Origin: an uncultured Mycoplasmatota bacterium | GTDB taxonomy: Bacteria; Bacillota_I; Bacilli_A; RF39; UBA660 | Length of the DNA stretch: 64,000 nucleotides | Assembly (NCBI GenBank): GCA_900551455.1 | Contig: URVV01000003.1 | Location: forward strand, 13,097 to 77,096 | Direction: 5' to 3' | Part shown: in pieces, positions 9,814 to 19,439 of the stretch | How the letters are laid out: every line of letters begins with the position of its first letter | Numbering within the stretch: position 1 is the stretch's first letter | Program-made: the position numbers and the translations under genes | The notes under the pieces: generated by a model | The model's database searches: none | What the model was told of the DNA's origin: nothing | The model's input: the letters and a program-made list of their open reading frames with translations, nothing else

Positions 9814-10854
9814 TTATACATTCATATTTATTTTTAGGTTGGGAATTAGTTCATTTTGATAAAGTCCTATTTTACCTAATTCAAAATTTTTCATTATTTC
9901 TTTATCACTTACTTTTACAAAAGTCTTTTGTTTATAGTTATAACTGTAGTGTGAATCATTATAACTTATCATAATAAAATGACATTTATTTTTATTATTT
10001 AGGTATAAATTATTAATTTTTATATCATAATTAGGGCAATATTTATCAAAAATTAATTTATAGATTATTGATAATTCAACAGGCTTTATGGTATTTATAT
10101 CAATTATTTTTTGGGTTTTATAGAGTACTTCTTTAAGGCAGTCTTCTTTGGTATAATCAATATTTTTAAGGGATTTATCTAGATAGTAATCGTTATATTT
10201 ATTTTTAATGTATTTAATACTTTTATCTAGTTCTAGATCATCATTATATGTAGCAAATTTTTTTGTTTGCATATTAGCTTGAATATATGGAATGTCACTA
10301 AATAAATCTACGATAAGACATTGACTATCTATTTGTAATTTGTTTAAAACTCTACTTTGATCTTCATTTGTAACGATTGAAACATCTAAGTTCATTCTTT
10401 TACATAAATAGTAGTATATTTTAGAGATACTGAAATTTGTTACTCTTCCTAAAGATAGACTTCCCCATAGATTATTAATATTACTAATTAAAGATAAATT
10501 ACATATTTCATTTTTATCACTGGAGATATTAATATCAAAGAATACACGTTTAGCAAGAGATATATAAAGATATTTTGAGATGGCTATTTGACTTAAATCA
10601 TTGGGCATATTGGCATAAATATTTTCGATAATTTTTTCGGCATTAGAAAACTCTTGATGGTTAACATAGATATATCCGACATTTCCTTCGATTAATTCAG
10701 AATACAGATAGTTTTCTCCATTTAAAAGAAAATAATTAATAACTGAATGATCAACGTTTGTAATGTCAATATTTATATATTTAGTATCGTCTTTAATTTT
10801 GTCCAAATCCTTTATTGTGGAAATTGATACGACTAGAGAACGGGTATTTTTCAT
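9814..10854 (-). CDS. Hypothetical protein
   Basis: A long uninterrupted ORF in the same orientation as its neighbours. I recognised no motif. Confidence 0.5.
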   Translation of the reverse strand: MKNTRSLVVSISTIKDLDKIKDDTKYINIDITNVDHSVINYFLLNGENYLYSELIEGNVGYIYVNHQEFSNAEKIIENIYANMPNDLSQIAISKYLYISLAKRVFFDINISSDKNEICNLSLISNINNLWGSLSLGRVTNFSISKIYYYLCKRMNLDVSIVTNEDQSRVLNKLQIDSQCLIVDLFSDIPYIQANMQTKKFATYNDDLELDKSIKYIKNKYNDYYLDKSLKNIDYTKEDCLKEVLYKTQKIIDINTIKPVELSIIYKLIFDKYCPNYDIKINNLYLNNKNKCHFIMISYNDSHYSYNYKQKTFVKVSDKEIMKNFELGKIGLYQNELIPNLKINMNV

Positions 10855-10927
10855 ATCATCACCATAAGATAATTATATATCATATGGTTAACTTTGTAAA
10901 TATTATAATGGGAAAATATAGAAAATT

Positions 10928-10956
10928 AAAGAGTTTAGAATGATTCTAAACTCTTT
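10928..10956 (-). terminator. Rho-independent terminator
   Basis: Perfect 13-bp stem AAAGAGTTTAGAA-tga-TTCTAAACTCTTT lies 4 nt after the stop at 10961. Confidence 0.6.
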
Positions 10957-10960
10957 ATGA

Positions 10961-12445
10961 TTAGATATTTGGTAAGACACTATTTAAGTAGTCTTCTAAG
11001 CCACTGTCTTTTAAGAATGCTTTTAAGGCTTCATTTTTTAGAAGTTTTTCCATAATACTTGTTGTGTCATTTTCTGATAATTTATCAAACTCAACATAAC
11101 TTGTTGTGTCAAATAATTTAGGGGGATTAGTGTCATAAGTATAACTTAGAGTTAAGTTTATATTTGTCTCATCTTCGTAATCATTTACCCCAAGGTTAAT
11201 AGTATAGAGATTATTGTTTTTGGTAGTTTCAAAAGTAATATCTATTTTTGAAGTATTATTTTCTATTACAGATAGTTTATACTGATTATTTTCTTTAATT
11301 AAGTTAATATTAGTAGTTTCATCGGAACTTTCTAGTTTAAGAAAATCGTTTTTTAGGATATCTAAATATACACTAATTGTTTCAATGCCAGGATTAATTT
11401 CAGACATATTTTTATTTAGTTCATCAGTTACTTCTTCTTCAGTAGTATTAGTAATTTTGGCATAGCTCTTAATAAATTTTTCATCGTGAAGAAATTTAGT
11501 ATAGTATTCTTTAATGGCTTCTTCGGTGATGTTGATATTTATTTTTTTGACGTATTTATTGTTTAATTTGGTATATGTTTTAGTATAGATAGCTTTTTCT
11601 AACGTACTTGTAAAGGCTGATTTTACAGTTCTTAGAATATTTTTATAATCCTCACTTGTTCCTAATTCGTAATCATTTTCACTAGTTGTTGAGTCATCAA
11701 TTTCTACCTTAAGTGCTTTATCAAAGAGATTATTTAATTTAAGATATGCATAACTTTCTTTGATAGGAACAATACTGGAAATATTTATTAATTCTTTATC
11801 TTTATAGGTAGCAATAATATCAAGGGCATTTTGTTTTTTGTTAGCATCAAGGCCAATAATTCCTTTTAATTTGATACTGTTAAAAATTGTAAGCATTTCA
11901 TTTAATTCTTTGTCAGCAGTTTTTATATTAAATGAAAGATCATAATTCACATTGTAGTTTTTATCAGAATCAAGGTTTATTATTTGTGTTTGGTTTAAAT
12001 AGTTATTGATGGATTTATTAATAATTGTTTTGGGATTATCATAAATAAAGTAATAATATGCAAGACCTCCCAATAGAGCGATAATAAGGATCAAGAAAAT
12101 TATTAGACCTAAATGAGATTTTTTTGGTTCTGTAAAGTCAGGGTCTATTTCTTGATTATTTTCATATTTTTGATGGTTATTTAGTATTTGGGCTTGAGGG
12201 TTAGGATTAACTTGCGGTTGATTTGTTACTAAATTTGTTGGAGTTGGGTTTGTAAAATTATTAATATTTTGGTTGTTAAAATTTGGACTTGTTGGTGTTT
12301 CATTATTATTTATATTTATATCGTTATTGTTTGTATTTAGATTATTATTATTTGGCAATGAATTAAGTTTTTCATTGTTATTTAAATTATTATTATTTGA
12401 TAATGAATTAATTTCTTCATTATTTAAATTGTTATTATTTTCCAT
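10961..12445 (-). CDS. Membrane-anchored protein with an Asn-rich low-complexity N-terminus (hypothetical)
   Basis: About 100 aa of N/L/P/Q-rich low complexity, one TM (LGLIIFLILIIALLGGLAYYYFI), then an approximately 360-aa extracytoplasmic part. Confidence 0.5.
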   Translation of the reverse strand: MENNNNLNNEEINSLSNNNNLNNNEKLNSLPNNNNLNTNNNDININNNETPTSPNFNNQNINNFTNPTPTNLVTNQPQVNPNPQAQILNNHQKYENNQEIDPDFTEPKKSHLGLIIFLILIIALLGGLAYYYFIYDNPKTIINKSINNYLNQTQIINLDSDKNYNVNYDLSFNIKTADKELNEMLTIFNSIKLKGIIGLDANKKQNALDIIATYKDKELINISSIVPIKESYAYLKLNNLFDKALKVEIDDSTTSENDYELGTSEDYKNILRTVKSAFTSTLEKAIYTKTYTKLNNKYVKKININITEEAIKEYYTKFLHDEKFIKSYAKITNTTEEEVTDELNKNMSEINPGIETISVYLDILKNDFLKLESSDETTNINLIKENNQYKLSVIENNTSKIDITFETTKNNNLYTINLGVNDYEDETNINLTLSYTYDTNPPKLFDTTSYVEFDKLSENDTTSIMEKLLKNEALKAFLKDSGLEDYLNSVLPNI

Positions 12446-12684
12446 AATACTTTACCTCTTTCTACTTATAAATATAGTTTATCATAGATATCGAATAAAA
12501 GCAAATAAATTGCTTTATCACTTTACAATAATTAATTTATTCTTCAGGAATTTAAATTTTAATGATTGATACTTTAGGCTTTAAAAAATCTTATTCTATA
12601 ATTATGATTTATATGCTTTTTTAGATTATAATTAGATAGTTTATTATAGTTTTATATTAAAATAATAAAAAAAGAAAGTGTTAA

Positions 12685-13242
12685 TTACTTTCTTGAAACG
12701 TATTTACCATCTTTAGTAGAGACAATTATTTCTTCACCTTGTTCAATAAATAATGGTACTTTTACTAATAATCCTGTTTCAACAATAGCATCTTTAGTAG
12801 CATTAGTAGCAGTATTTCCCTTTATTGCTGGTTCGGTGCTGGTAATAACATAGTCTATTTTTTCTGGTAATTCAATTCCTAACATTTCTCCTTCGTAGAA
12901 GAATATTAAAACTTCTAAACTTTCTTTTAAGAACTTAGCTTCATTTTTAATTTGTTCTTTACTTAAATCTACTTGTTCATAAGTATTCATATTCATAAAT
13001 GTATAAGAGCCACCGTTTTCATATAGATATTGCATTTTTATTTTTTCTACGTGAGCAGTGGGAATTTTAATACCAGAGTTAAACGTTTGTTCAACGATTG
13101 AACCGGTTCTTAGATTTTTTAACTTGGTTTTAACAATAGCTGCTCCTTTACCTGGTTTTACGTGTTGAAATTCAAGGACTTGATATAAATTATTATCATA
13201 ACTTATAGTCATACCAGTTTTAAAGTCATTTACATTTATCAT
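12685..13242 (-). CDS. efp: Translation elongation factor P
   Basis: FKTGMTISYDNNLYQVLEFQHVKPGKGAAIVKTKLKNLRTGS is near-consensus EF-P. Length is 185 aa. Confidence 0.95.
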   Translation of the reverse strand: MINVNDFKTGMTISYDNNLYQVLEFQHVKPGKGAAIVKTKLKNLRTGSIVEQTFNSGIKIPTAHVEKIKMQYLYENGGSYTFMNMNTYEQVDLSKEQIKNEAKFLKESLEVLIFFYEGEMLGIELPEKIDYVITSTEPAIKGNTATNATKDAIVETGLLVKVPLFIEQGEEIIVSTKDGKYVSRK

Positions 13243-13264
13243 ATTTTAATCCTTTCTATTGGGT

Positions 13265-13432
13265 TTATTTCTTTTCTTTATGATTTGTGTTGTGACGACA
13301 TCTAGGACAGTATTTGTTTAATTCTAGACGTTCAGTAGTATTTTTCTTATTCTTGCTAACTGTATAGTTAGGAGTTTTACATTCTTCACATACTAAAGAT
13401 ACTAAAACTCTATTCTCGTTTTTCTTTGCCAT
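13265..13432 (-). CDS. rpmG: 50S ribosomal protein L33
   Basis: Own translation: [55 protein letters not shown] (55 aa). It has the two CxxC pairs and the RLEL-KYCP block of L33, and AAAGGAGG sits 7 nt upstream of the ATG. It is below the ORF-track size cut-off. Confidence 0.85.
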   Translation of the reverse strand: MAKKNENRVLVSLVCEECKTPNYTVSKNKKNTTERLELNKYCPRCRHNTNHKEKK

Positions 13433-13462
13433 TTGGGCACCTCCTTTAAAAACATCAATGGT

Positions 13463-13471
13463 ATTATAACA
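13463..13471 (-). promoter_or_regulatory. Extended -10 element (TGTTATAAT) of the rpmG-efp promoter
   Basis: The minus strand reads TTGTAC-18 nt-TATAAT with a TG at -15/-14, about 30 nt upstream of the rpmG RBS. Confidence 0.4.
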
Positions 13472-13546
13472 TATTTTTTTGTTCTAGTACAACTATTTTT
13501 GATATTTTGTGAGTTAGTTTGGAGGGTTTTGGGGTATTTTGAGGGT

Positions 13547-15685
13547 TTATTTATATAATTCGTAGTATTTATTGACGATTTGGGCAGATATTCTTTTAGT
13601 AACCAGACTTTGATATCCATCACCGGTACTGATATCTGGTGAGACAACGACAACGCTCATTTTGGGATTTATGCTTGGAGAATATCCGACAAAGGATGTG
13701 GTAACGGTTTCGGTGTCTACTATATCGTCGCCATCGGTGTCTATAAAGCTTTGACTGGTTCCGGTTTTACCGCTAGAATTTTGATAATTTCCCATATATC
13801 CATACCCTAGTCCGTTAGTTATTACTTGATTAAATCCCAGTTGTACTCTTTCAATATATTTTTTGTCAACATCTACTGTTTGCATAATTTCTGAATTTGT
13901 AGCATAGACTAAATCGCCAAAAGCATCTTTTTCATTTGTTGCTGGGGCATATACTTCTTTTAAGAGATATGGCTTTAATTTTGTACCACCATTTGCTAGG
14001 GTGTTAATATATTGTGATAGTTGAATTGGAGTATAGGTGTCATATTGACCAATAGAAAAGTCTAATAGATATCCGGGTAAGGTTGAGGTTCCACTGTATC
14101 CTAAACTTTCTACTGGTAAATCTATACCAGTTTTTACTCCTAATCCAAAGGAAGCATACATATCTCTATATTTAGTAAAGGCATCGTCTTTGATTTTTAA
14201 AGCTTTATTATATTGGTAATTACCTTCCCCTACTTTAATGGCTATTTTATATTGGTAAACATTTGAGGAATATCTTAGAGCATATAAATCGTCTATTTCT
14301 CCCATTGAACGCCATGAGCATTTTTCTTTGGTATCTTTTATTTTTATGCATTCATCGTATTGTTTGGTACCAATATCTATGGCTTTATATTTGTATCCTA
14401 CTAACATAGAGGCTCCTTTTACGATGGAACCTGGAGTTACTGGTAAGGTTACAACTCCTGGTGTGTAGTCAACAATTTCTTTTTTACCATCTTTTTGGCG
14501 GACTTGTTTACCAGCCATTGCGAGGATTTCTCCAGTGTTAGGATTTGAAATTACAGCAAATGAACGGTTATAATATTTAGTATTTGGTTCGTATGAGGCT
14601 TTTAGGACTTCACTCGATAACATTTCTTCAAGATATTTTTGAAGTTCTATGTCAATAGTTAAGACTATGTCGTTCCCACGATGTCCGTAGCTTACTAATT
14701 CGTAATTATTATTTTTGGTAACTTTATATACAGCTTTGGTACCTTTTAAGTAGTCTTCATATTGATATTCAAGGTAACTAATACCTACGCGGTCATCTAA
14801 ATTATAACCCTTCTTTAAATATATATTTGCTAATTCTTCAGGAATTCCTTGGGTGTCTGATGAAACGTTACCAAGAATTGTTTTAAAGGTATTACCATAT
14901 AAATATATTCTTTCCCAATCTAATTTTGTATTAAAGCCATGAAGAGAGTCAATATTTTCGCTTATTTTAGCATATTCGGTTTCGGTAACGTCTTTATTTT
15001 TTATTATTTTTTCGGCATATGAATATCCTTTATTCATTAGATAATAAATATAGGCTGTTTCTTTATCAGTATCATTATATTTATTTAATTCTGTTTCAGT
15101 GATTCTTTCATAAATTAAATTTTGAATATCAGTATCAGTTAATTTCCTTTTTCGGTAATTATCCCATTCGGAATCTTTAATGAGTTTTTTACATTCTTCT
15201 TTATGAGTGACATAGTAAAATGTTTTTAGTTGCTTTGTGGTTAATTTTTTATAGTCTACATCAAGTATACCTGCTACGGTGTAGGCAAGTTCTATTTCTT
15301 TTTCAGTGGTAATACCATTTTCTTTTTTATAGTAAATTGTTTTAGTAGCAACATTATCTACTAAAAGGTTGTAGTTGCGATCATAAATTCTTCCCCTTGG
15401 AGCACTTGCTCCTAAGACGGTTTTTTCTGTGGCGGTAGTTAGTTTTGTTAGGTATGTATTGTAATCTAATATTTGTAATTTAAATAATCTAATTGAAATA
15501 ACTAGAAAAAGAATTATTAGAATTACTTCAACAAATATATATCTTTTGGAAATTATTTCATCTAAATTTTTATTTCCCATTTTGGTTGTTTTATTAAGAG
15601 GTTTGGTCTTTATTTTCTTTTTAGAGATATTGTGATAGGTTGTTCTATTTATATGACGATGTCTAAAGATACTCATATAGCACAT
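13547..15685 (-). CDS. Class B penicillin-binding protein (PBP2-type transpeptidase)
   Basis: SxxK (GSIVKGAS), SxN (YSSNVY) and KTG (GKTGTSQ) boxes, with an N-terminal TM (IFVEVILIILFLVISIRLF). The true start is probably ATG at 15676 (AAAGGA 8 nt upstream) or 15580. Confidence 0.85.
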   Translation of the reverse strand: MCYMSIFRHRHINRTTYHNISKKKIKTKPLNKTTKMGNKNLDEIISKRYIFVEVILIILFLVISIRLFKLQILDYNTYLTKLTTATEKTVLGASAPRGRIYDRNYNLLVDNVATKTIYYKKENGITTEKEIELAYTVAGILDVDYKKLTTKQLKTFYYVTHKEECKKLIKDSEWDNYRKRKLTDTDIQNLIYERITETELNKYNDTDKETAYIYYLMNKGYSYAEKIIKNKDVTETEYAKISENIDSLHGFNTKLDWERIYLYGNTFKTILGNVSSDTQGIPEELANIYLKKGYNLDDRVGISYLEYQYEDYLKGTKAVYKVTKNNNYELVSYGHRGNDIVLTIDIELQKYLEEMLSSEVLKASYEPNTKYYNRSFAVISNPNTGEILAMAGKQVRQKDGKKEIVDYTPGVVTLPVTPGSIVKGASMLVGYKYKAIDIGTKQYDECIKIKDTKEKCSWRSMGEIDDLYALRYSSNVYQYKIAIKVGEGNYQYNKALKIKDDAFTKYRDMYASFGLGVKTGIDLPVESLGYSGTSTLPGYLLDFSIGQYDTYTPIQLSQYINTLANGGTKLKPYLLKEVYAPATNEKDAFGDLVYATNSEIMQTVDVDKKYIERVQLGFNQVITNGLGYGYMGNYQNSSGKTGTSQSFIDTDGDDIVDTETVTTSFVGYSPSINPKMSVVVVSPDISTGDGYQSLVTKRISAQIVNKYYELYK

Positions 15686-15752
15686 CCTTTCTTAATGTTT
15701 ATCTATTTATTATTATAGCATAAATGTTTATAATTATCATAGATTTAATTAG

Positions 15753-16022
15753 GTGATACTGGTGAATAAACTATTTATTTATGATTATATAAGTAGGATT
15801 AAAAAAGAGGATATTTATAGATTTGGAATTAATCAGGGAATAAAACTTGAGGAATTTGAGATAGAGGTGCTTTTTAGTTATATTAAAAATGATTATAAGA
15901 GATTTTTTAGTAATCCTTTAGAGGTTATTGATGAGATTAAGTATAAGGTAAATAATAATACTTATGAGAAGATTTGGAATTTATATTTGCAGTATAAGGA
16001 TATGATTATGTTATTAAAATAG
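15753..16022 (+). CDS. Small hypothetical protein (possibly YqfT/DUF2624-like)
   Basis: An 89-aa ORF convergent with nfo. From memory, a small DUF2624 gene (yqfT) sits next to nfo (yqfS) in Bacillus subtilis. This assignment rests on position only. Confidence 0.4.
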   Translation: MILVNKLFIYDYISRIKKEDIYRFGINQGIKLEEFEIEVLFSYIKNDYKRFFSNPLEVIDEIKYKVNNNTYEKIWNLYLQYKDMIMLLK

Positions 16023-16038
16023 ATAAACTATGCAACGT

Positions 16039-16953
16039 TTATCTATTTTCAGTTCTTATTTTAGTTAACATTTCTTTATCAAATTTCTTGGCTCTTATCA
16101 TTGATATTTCATATTTATATGGTGGATAGATTTTTTCTTTTTCGTTTTCTTCACGTGATATATAAGGAGTTTCTAGTATTTTAGTAATATTTTTTAATCT
16201 ATCGTTATAAATAATATTTATTAAAGTATCAAAACCAATACTACCAAATCCTATGTTTTCGTGGCGATCTTTATGTGATCCAATAGGATTTTTAGAGTCG
16301 TTTATATGAATACATTTAAGATATTTTAAGCCAATGAATTTATCTAAATTATCTAGGTAGGTATTAAAGTTAGTTAGAGAAATGCCACTGTCAAAAAGAT
16401 GGCAGGTATCTAGGCAAAGACCTATTTTATCTTGATATTTTATACCTTCAATAATGGTTTTTAAATCTTCCATACTGGCTCCAATTTCTGTTCCTTTTCC
16501 AGCCATTGTTTCAAGGCAGATAGTTACATCATAGTTATTATCTAGGATTAGATTTAGACCTTTTATTATGGATGAGAGAGATTCTGATTTGGAATATCTA
16601 ACAGAGGCTCCAGGATGAAGAACAATATTTTTAACTCCTAGAAGATGGGCTCTTTCTACTTCATTTTTTAAGAATGAGACAGAAAAGTCAAAGTTTTCTA
16701 GATTTCCTAAATTCACAATGTATGGAGCATGAATAATTATCTTTTCTGGATTTATATTATGTTCTTTCATTAGTTCATATGAAGCAATGGTTAATTCTTC
16801 GTTAATAGGACTTCTTTTAGTATTTTGAGGGGCTCCAGTGTAGAACATAAAAGTATTGGCATTATATGAGAGAGCTTCTTTTACACTACCCAATAGTTGT
16901 TCATCATTTGTAAATTTTACGTGGGAACCAATTATTAATTCATTATCTTTCAT
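16039..16953 (-). CDS. nfo: Endonuclease IV (AP endonuclease)
   Basis: IGSHV...ANTFMFYTGAPQN, HAPYIVNL, VLHPG, ETMAGKG, CLDTCH and HINDS are the metal-ligand blocks of Nfo. Confidence 0.9.
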   Translation of the reverse strand: MKDNELIIGSHVKFTNDEQLLGSVKEALSYNANTFMFYTGAPQNTKRSPINEELTIASYELMKEHNINPEKIIIHAPYIVNLGNLENFDFSVSFLKNEVERAHLLGVKNIVLHPGASVRYSKSESLSSIIKGLNLILDNNYDVTICLETMAGKGTEIGASMEDLKTIIEGIKYQDKIGLCLDTCHLFDSGISLTNFNTYLDNLDKFIGLKYLKCIHINDSKNPIGSHKDRHENIGFGSIGFDTLINIIYNDRLKNITKILETPYISREENEKEKIYPPYKYEISMIRAKKFDKEMLTKIRTENR

Positions 16954-17038
16954 TATATCACCATCTTGATTATATCATATATGTAGTTTTATGGCAAAAG
17001 AAAAGTAGACATTGGTCTACTTTGGGTATTTGTTAATA

Positions 17039-17593
17039 TTATGCTGCTGCTTTAGTTATATCAGTTATATCTGTACAAGATTTACTGAAAATAAATTCTG
17101 CACCAACAAGTTTACCATTACTATCTGTTTTTGGAGTAGCAGTGTTGTCTGTTCCTTTTGTCCAAATTTTGGTATTATAGTATTGGCTTGTATCAGGGAT
17201 TACAGCCATTACAACACAAGCTTTTCCAGTATCTGGATTTAAGTATACTTTAGCAGAAGTGAAGTTTTTTGCAGCAATTCCAGCATCTACTAGAAGGTTA
17301 TTAGCTGTAGTGGTACTAGCAATAGTAGTTCCACCTGCTGTTTCAATATTTGCTAAGTTATCTAAGAAACTTTTTGATACAACTGTCTCATCGTTTCCTG
17401 ACACATTGTATAATGAGTATTGTTCTGCTAACCAATTTTCAGCACTATCTAGGATTACTTTTAATGAGTTATTTTTTGAATTGTTAATAGTCCTAGTTAT
17501 GGCTGGAATAGTTATACCTATTACTATAGCTAAGATAACAATAACGGCTAGTAATTCTACTAGAGTAAATCCTTTTCTATTTAATTTTTTCAT
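17039..17593 (-). CDS. Type IV pilin / pseudopilin-like protein (prepilin N-terminal cleavage-methylation domain)
   Basis: MKKLNRKG/FTLVELLAVIVILAIVIGITIPAI is the class III signal with Glu+5. GAGGAGG lies 8 nt upstream of ATG 17593, so the ORF-track start at 17626 is too far upstream. Confidence 0.75.
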   Translation of the reverse strand: MKKLNRKGFTLVELLAVIVILAIVIGITIPAITRTINNSKNNSLKVILDSAENWLAEQYSLYNVSGNDETVVSKSFLDNLANIETAGGTTIASTTTANNLLVDAGIAAKNFTSAKVYLNPDTGKACVVMAVIPDTSQYYNTKIWTKGTDNTATPKTDSNGKLVGAEFIFSKSCTDITDITKAAA

Positions 17594-17677
17594 TTTTGTT
17601 CCTCCTCTATGATTAAAATATATCACACAAGGAATTTATTGTCAATTGTAATCAGGTATTTTTGACACTACTTATTA

Positions 17678-18232
17678 TTAATCTATTTGGCTTTTATAGA
17701 TAGTTATAGTTTTATTACCATAGTTACGTTCTTTGTATATGGATAGGTTTTGGTAATCTTTTTTGAAGGTTAGATTATGATGTTCTAAAATAATTAAGCC
17801 ATTATTTGTTAAGAGATTTAAGTTAATTACTTTGGTTAAGATTTTCTCATAAACATCATAATCATATGGGGGATCTACGAATATTAAATCAAATTTTATT
17901 TCTTTATTAGAAAATTCGTTAAGGGCTTTTTTCCAATCTGATAAGATAATATGAGAATTATTTTTAATATTTAGGTTTGAAATGTTTTTATGTAAGATTT
18001 TGATTACTTCGGGATTATTATCTATAAAATAACATTCTTTGGCACCATTTGAGATAGATTCGATACCTAGTTGTCCAGAACCGGCAAATAAATCTAGAAC
18101 AATACTTTCTTTGAGATTATTTTGGATAATTCCAAATAGAGATTCTTTTACTCTATCCATAGTTGGTCTGGTACCAGTTATATTATGTCCTTCAATGTTT
18201 CTTCCTTTTAGTAAACCACTTATTACTTTCAT
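17678..18232 (-). CDS. rsmD: 16S rRNA (guanine966-N2)-methyltransferase RsmD
   Basis: TRPTMDRVKESLFGII, LDLFAGSGQLGIES and VDPPY motifs; 184 aa. Confidence 0.85.
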   Translation of the reverse strand: MKVISGLLKGRNIEGHNITGTRPTMDRVKESLFGIIQNNLKESIVLDLFAGSGQLGIESISNGAKECYFIDNNPEVIKILHKNISNLNIKNNSHIILSDWKKALNEFSNKEIKFDLIFVDPPYDYDVYEKILTKVINLNLLTNNGLIILEHHNLTFKKDYQNLSIYKERNYGNKTITIYKSQID

Positions 18233-18237
18233 TTTGA

Positions 18238-18930
18238 TTACTCCTTTATTATAGCAATTAAGATATTTCTTTTTTTAGTTTGATTATAGCGATATGAATA
18301 ATATTTTGAATGATTACAGTATGTACAAATTGATGTATCGGTAATATTTTTAATACCTTTATTTTTTAAGTCTGTAATGACTATTTCTTGGAGGTCTAAA
18401 TAATATTTATTTTCTTTTTTAGTTGTATATTTATTTATATTAGAAATTTGTTTTTTAAATAAGTTATAGACGTCTATATCTACTTCAAAATGGCATTTTC
18501 TAATAGATGGATAAAGGTAGGCAAAAATATTTTGAGGTAAGGAATTAAATTCTTCTTGCATTTTTTGGATAGTTGATAGAACAATATGATTTAGGGTTCC
18601 TTTCCATCCGGAATGAATTACTGATATTACTTTGTTTTCTTTGTCATATAAAATTATTGGAATACAATCAGCGGTTTTAATTACTAATGGGGTATTTAAT
18701 TTATTAGTAATTAGAGCATCACCTTGTGAATTGTTTTGATAATTATTATCTACTATATGGACAATATTAGAATGTATTTGTTCTAAATAGTAGTAAGTCT
18801 TAATATTTAATTCTCGACAGACGATAGAGATTTCTTTTGATGTAAATACATTTATGATATTTTTATCAATGTTTAAGGAAAGAGAATTATCCATAACAGT
18901 TATGCTCCTTAGTATTAGTATATTTAGCAT
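18238..18930 (-). CDS. pgeF: Peptidoglycan editing factor PgeF / YfiH (DUF152, laccase-domain protein)
   Basis: QIHSN..., GDALITN..., IKTADCIPI and HSGWKG blocks. The start is more likely MDNSL at 18894. Confidence 0.8.
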   Translation of the reverse strand: MLNILILRSITVMDNSLSLNIDKNIINVFTSKEISIVCRELNIKTYYYLEQIHSNIVHIVDNNYQNNSQGDALITNKLNTPLVIKTADCIPIILYDKENKVISVIHSGWKGTLNHIVLSTIQKMQEEFNSLPQNIFAYLYPSIRKCHFEVDIDVYNLFKKQISNINKYTTKKENKYYLDLQEIVITDLKNKGIKNITDTSICTYCNHSKYYSYRYNQTKKRNILIAIIKE

Positions 18931-19189
18931 ATTGTTTATTAATTGTTAGGATAATAAATGATAGTTTGTTATAGTATAACATATAATTTTGATAGTCAGA
19001 ATTTTTAAATAATTCTTTTTTAAGAAGAATTTTTTTATTTAGATCGGACTCTTTATTATAACGAGATACTAATGATAAGATATTTGAATTTTTTTCTAAT
19101 TTCTGTTTATAATAAGTTAAGTTTTTAATAAGATCTGTTTTATCTAGATTGTCTAAAAATTTATATGTCGCTTCGATTATTTCACCCAT
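18887..19189 (-). CDS. YlbF/YmcA-like regulatory protein
   Basis: A 100-aa helical protein in a ylbD-ylbE-ylbF-like gene order. The N-terminal pattern resembles UPF0342. Confidence 0.45.
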   Translation of the reverse strand: MGEIIEATYKFLDNLDKTDLIKNLTYYKQKLEKNSNILSLVSRYNKESDLNKKILLKKELFKNSDYQNYMLYYNKLSFIILTINKQYAKYTNTKEHNCYG

Positions 19190-19217
19190 GTAATCACCTG
19201 AATATATAATATCATAT

Positions 19218-19439
19218 TTATTTTAAGACATCAAGAAAGGTTTTTACCATTTCAATATTATCCATAATTTTATTTAGTTTATCTGTTGGTTTTAACTTGT
19301 ATTTATCTTTCATATCTTCTAAAAACTGTTTGTAGTAGAAATTTGAACGGTTTAGATATTTATACCAGTAAGAGTTTTCTCTTAGAAAGGTTCTTTGGCG
19401 AGGATCTTCTAAAATTTTATATTGAATATCTAGAGTCAT
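19218..19439 (-). CDS. YlbE-like protein
   Basis: 73 aa. The segment LRENSYWYKYLNR resembles YlbE-family proteins, and the position is between the ylbD-like and ylbF-like genes. Confidence 0.45.
   Translation of the reverse strand: MTLDIQYKILEDPRQRTFLRENSYWYKYLNRSNFYYKQFLEDMKDKYKLKPTDKLNKIMDNIEMVKTFLDVLK

Noticed and set aside
12273-12445. Asn-codon repeat tract as a tandem-repeat (VNTR) or mobile feature
   Set aside because: The repeats are imperfect and in frame within a long ORF. This is low-complexity coding sequence rather than a discrete repeat element.
13402-13653. 83-aa minus-strand ORF
   Set aside because: It overlaps the 3' end of the PBP gene and the 5' end and promoter of rpmG in other frames. 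The real gene here is the 55-aa L33.
17259-17612. Plus-strand ORFs 17012-17242 and 17259-17612
   Set aside because: They are antisense to the pilin gene, which has a clear prepilin leader and RBS. The same reasoning rejects the other antisense shadows: 5877-6221, 6519-6704, 6867-7058, 9555-9743, 18039-18254, 19286-19498, 21173-21454, 22226-22525, 32143-32343, 34513-34716, 35839-36270, 39495-39677, 40023-40328, 40853-41044, 41468-41770, 42236-42619, 44228-44827 (three ORFs), 45595-45813, 47721-47939, 53808-54047, 55762-55959, 58866-59093, 59710-59898 and 61070-61354.
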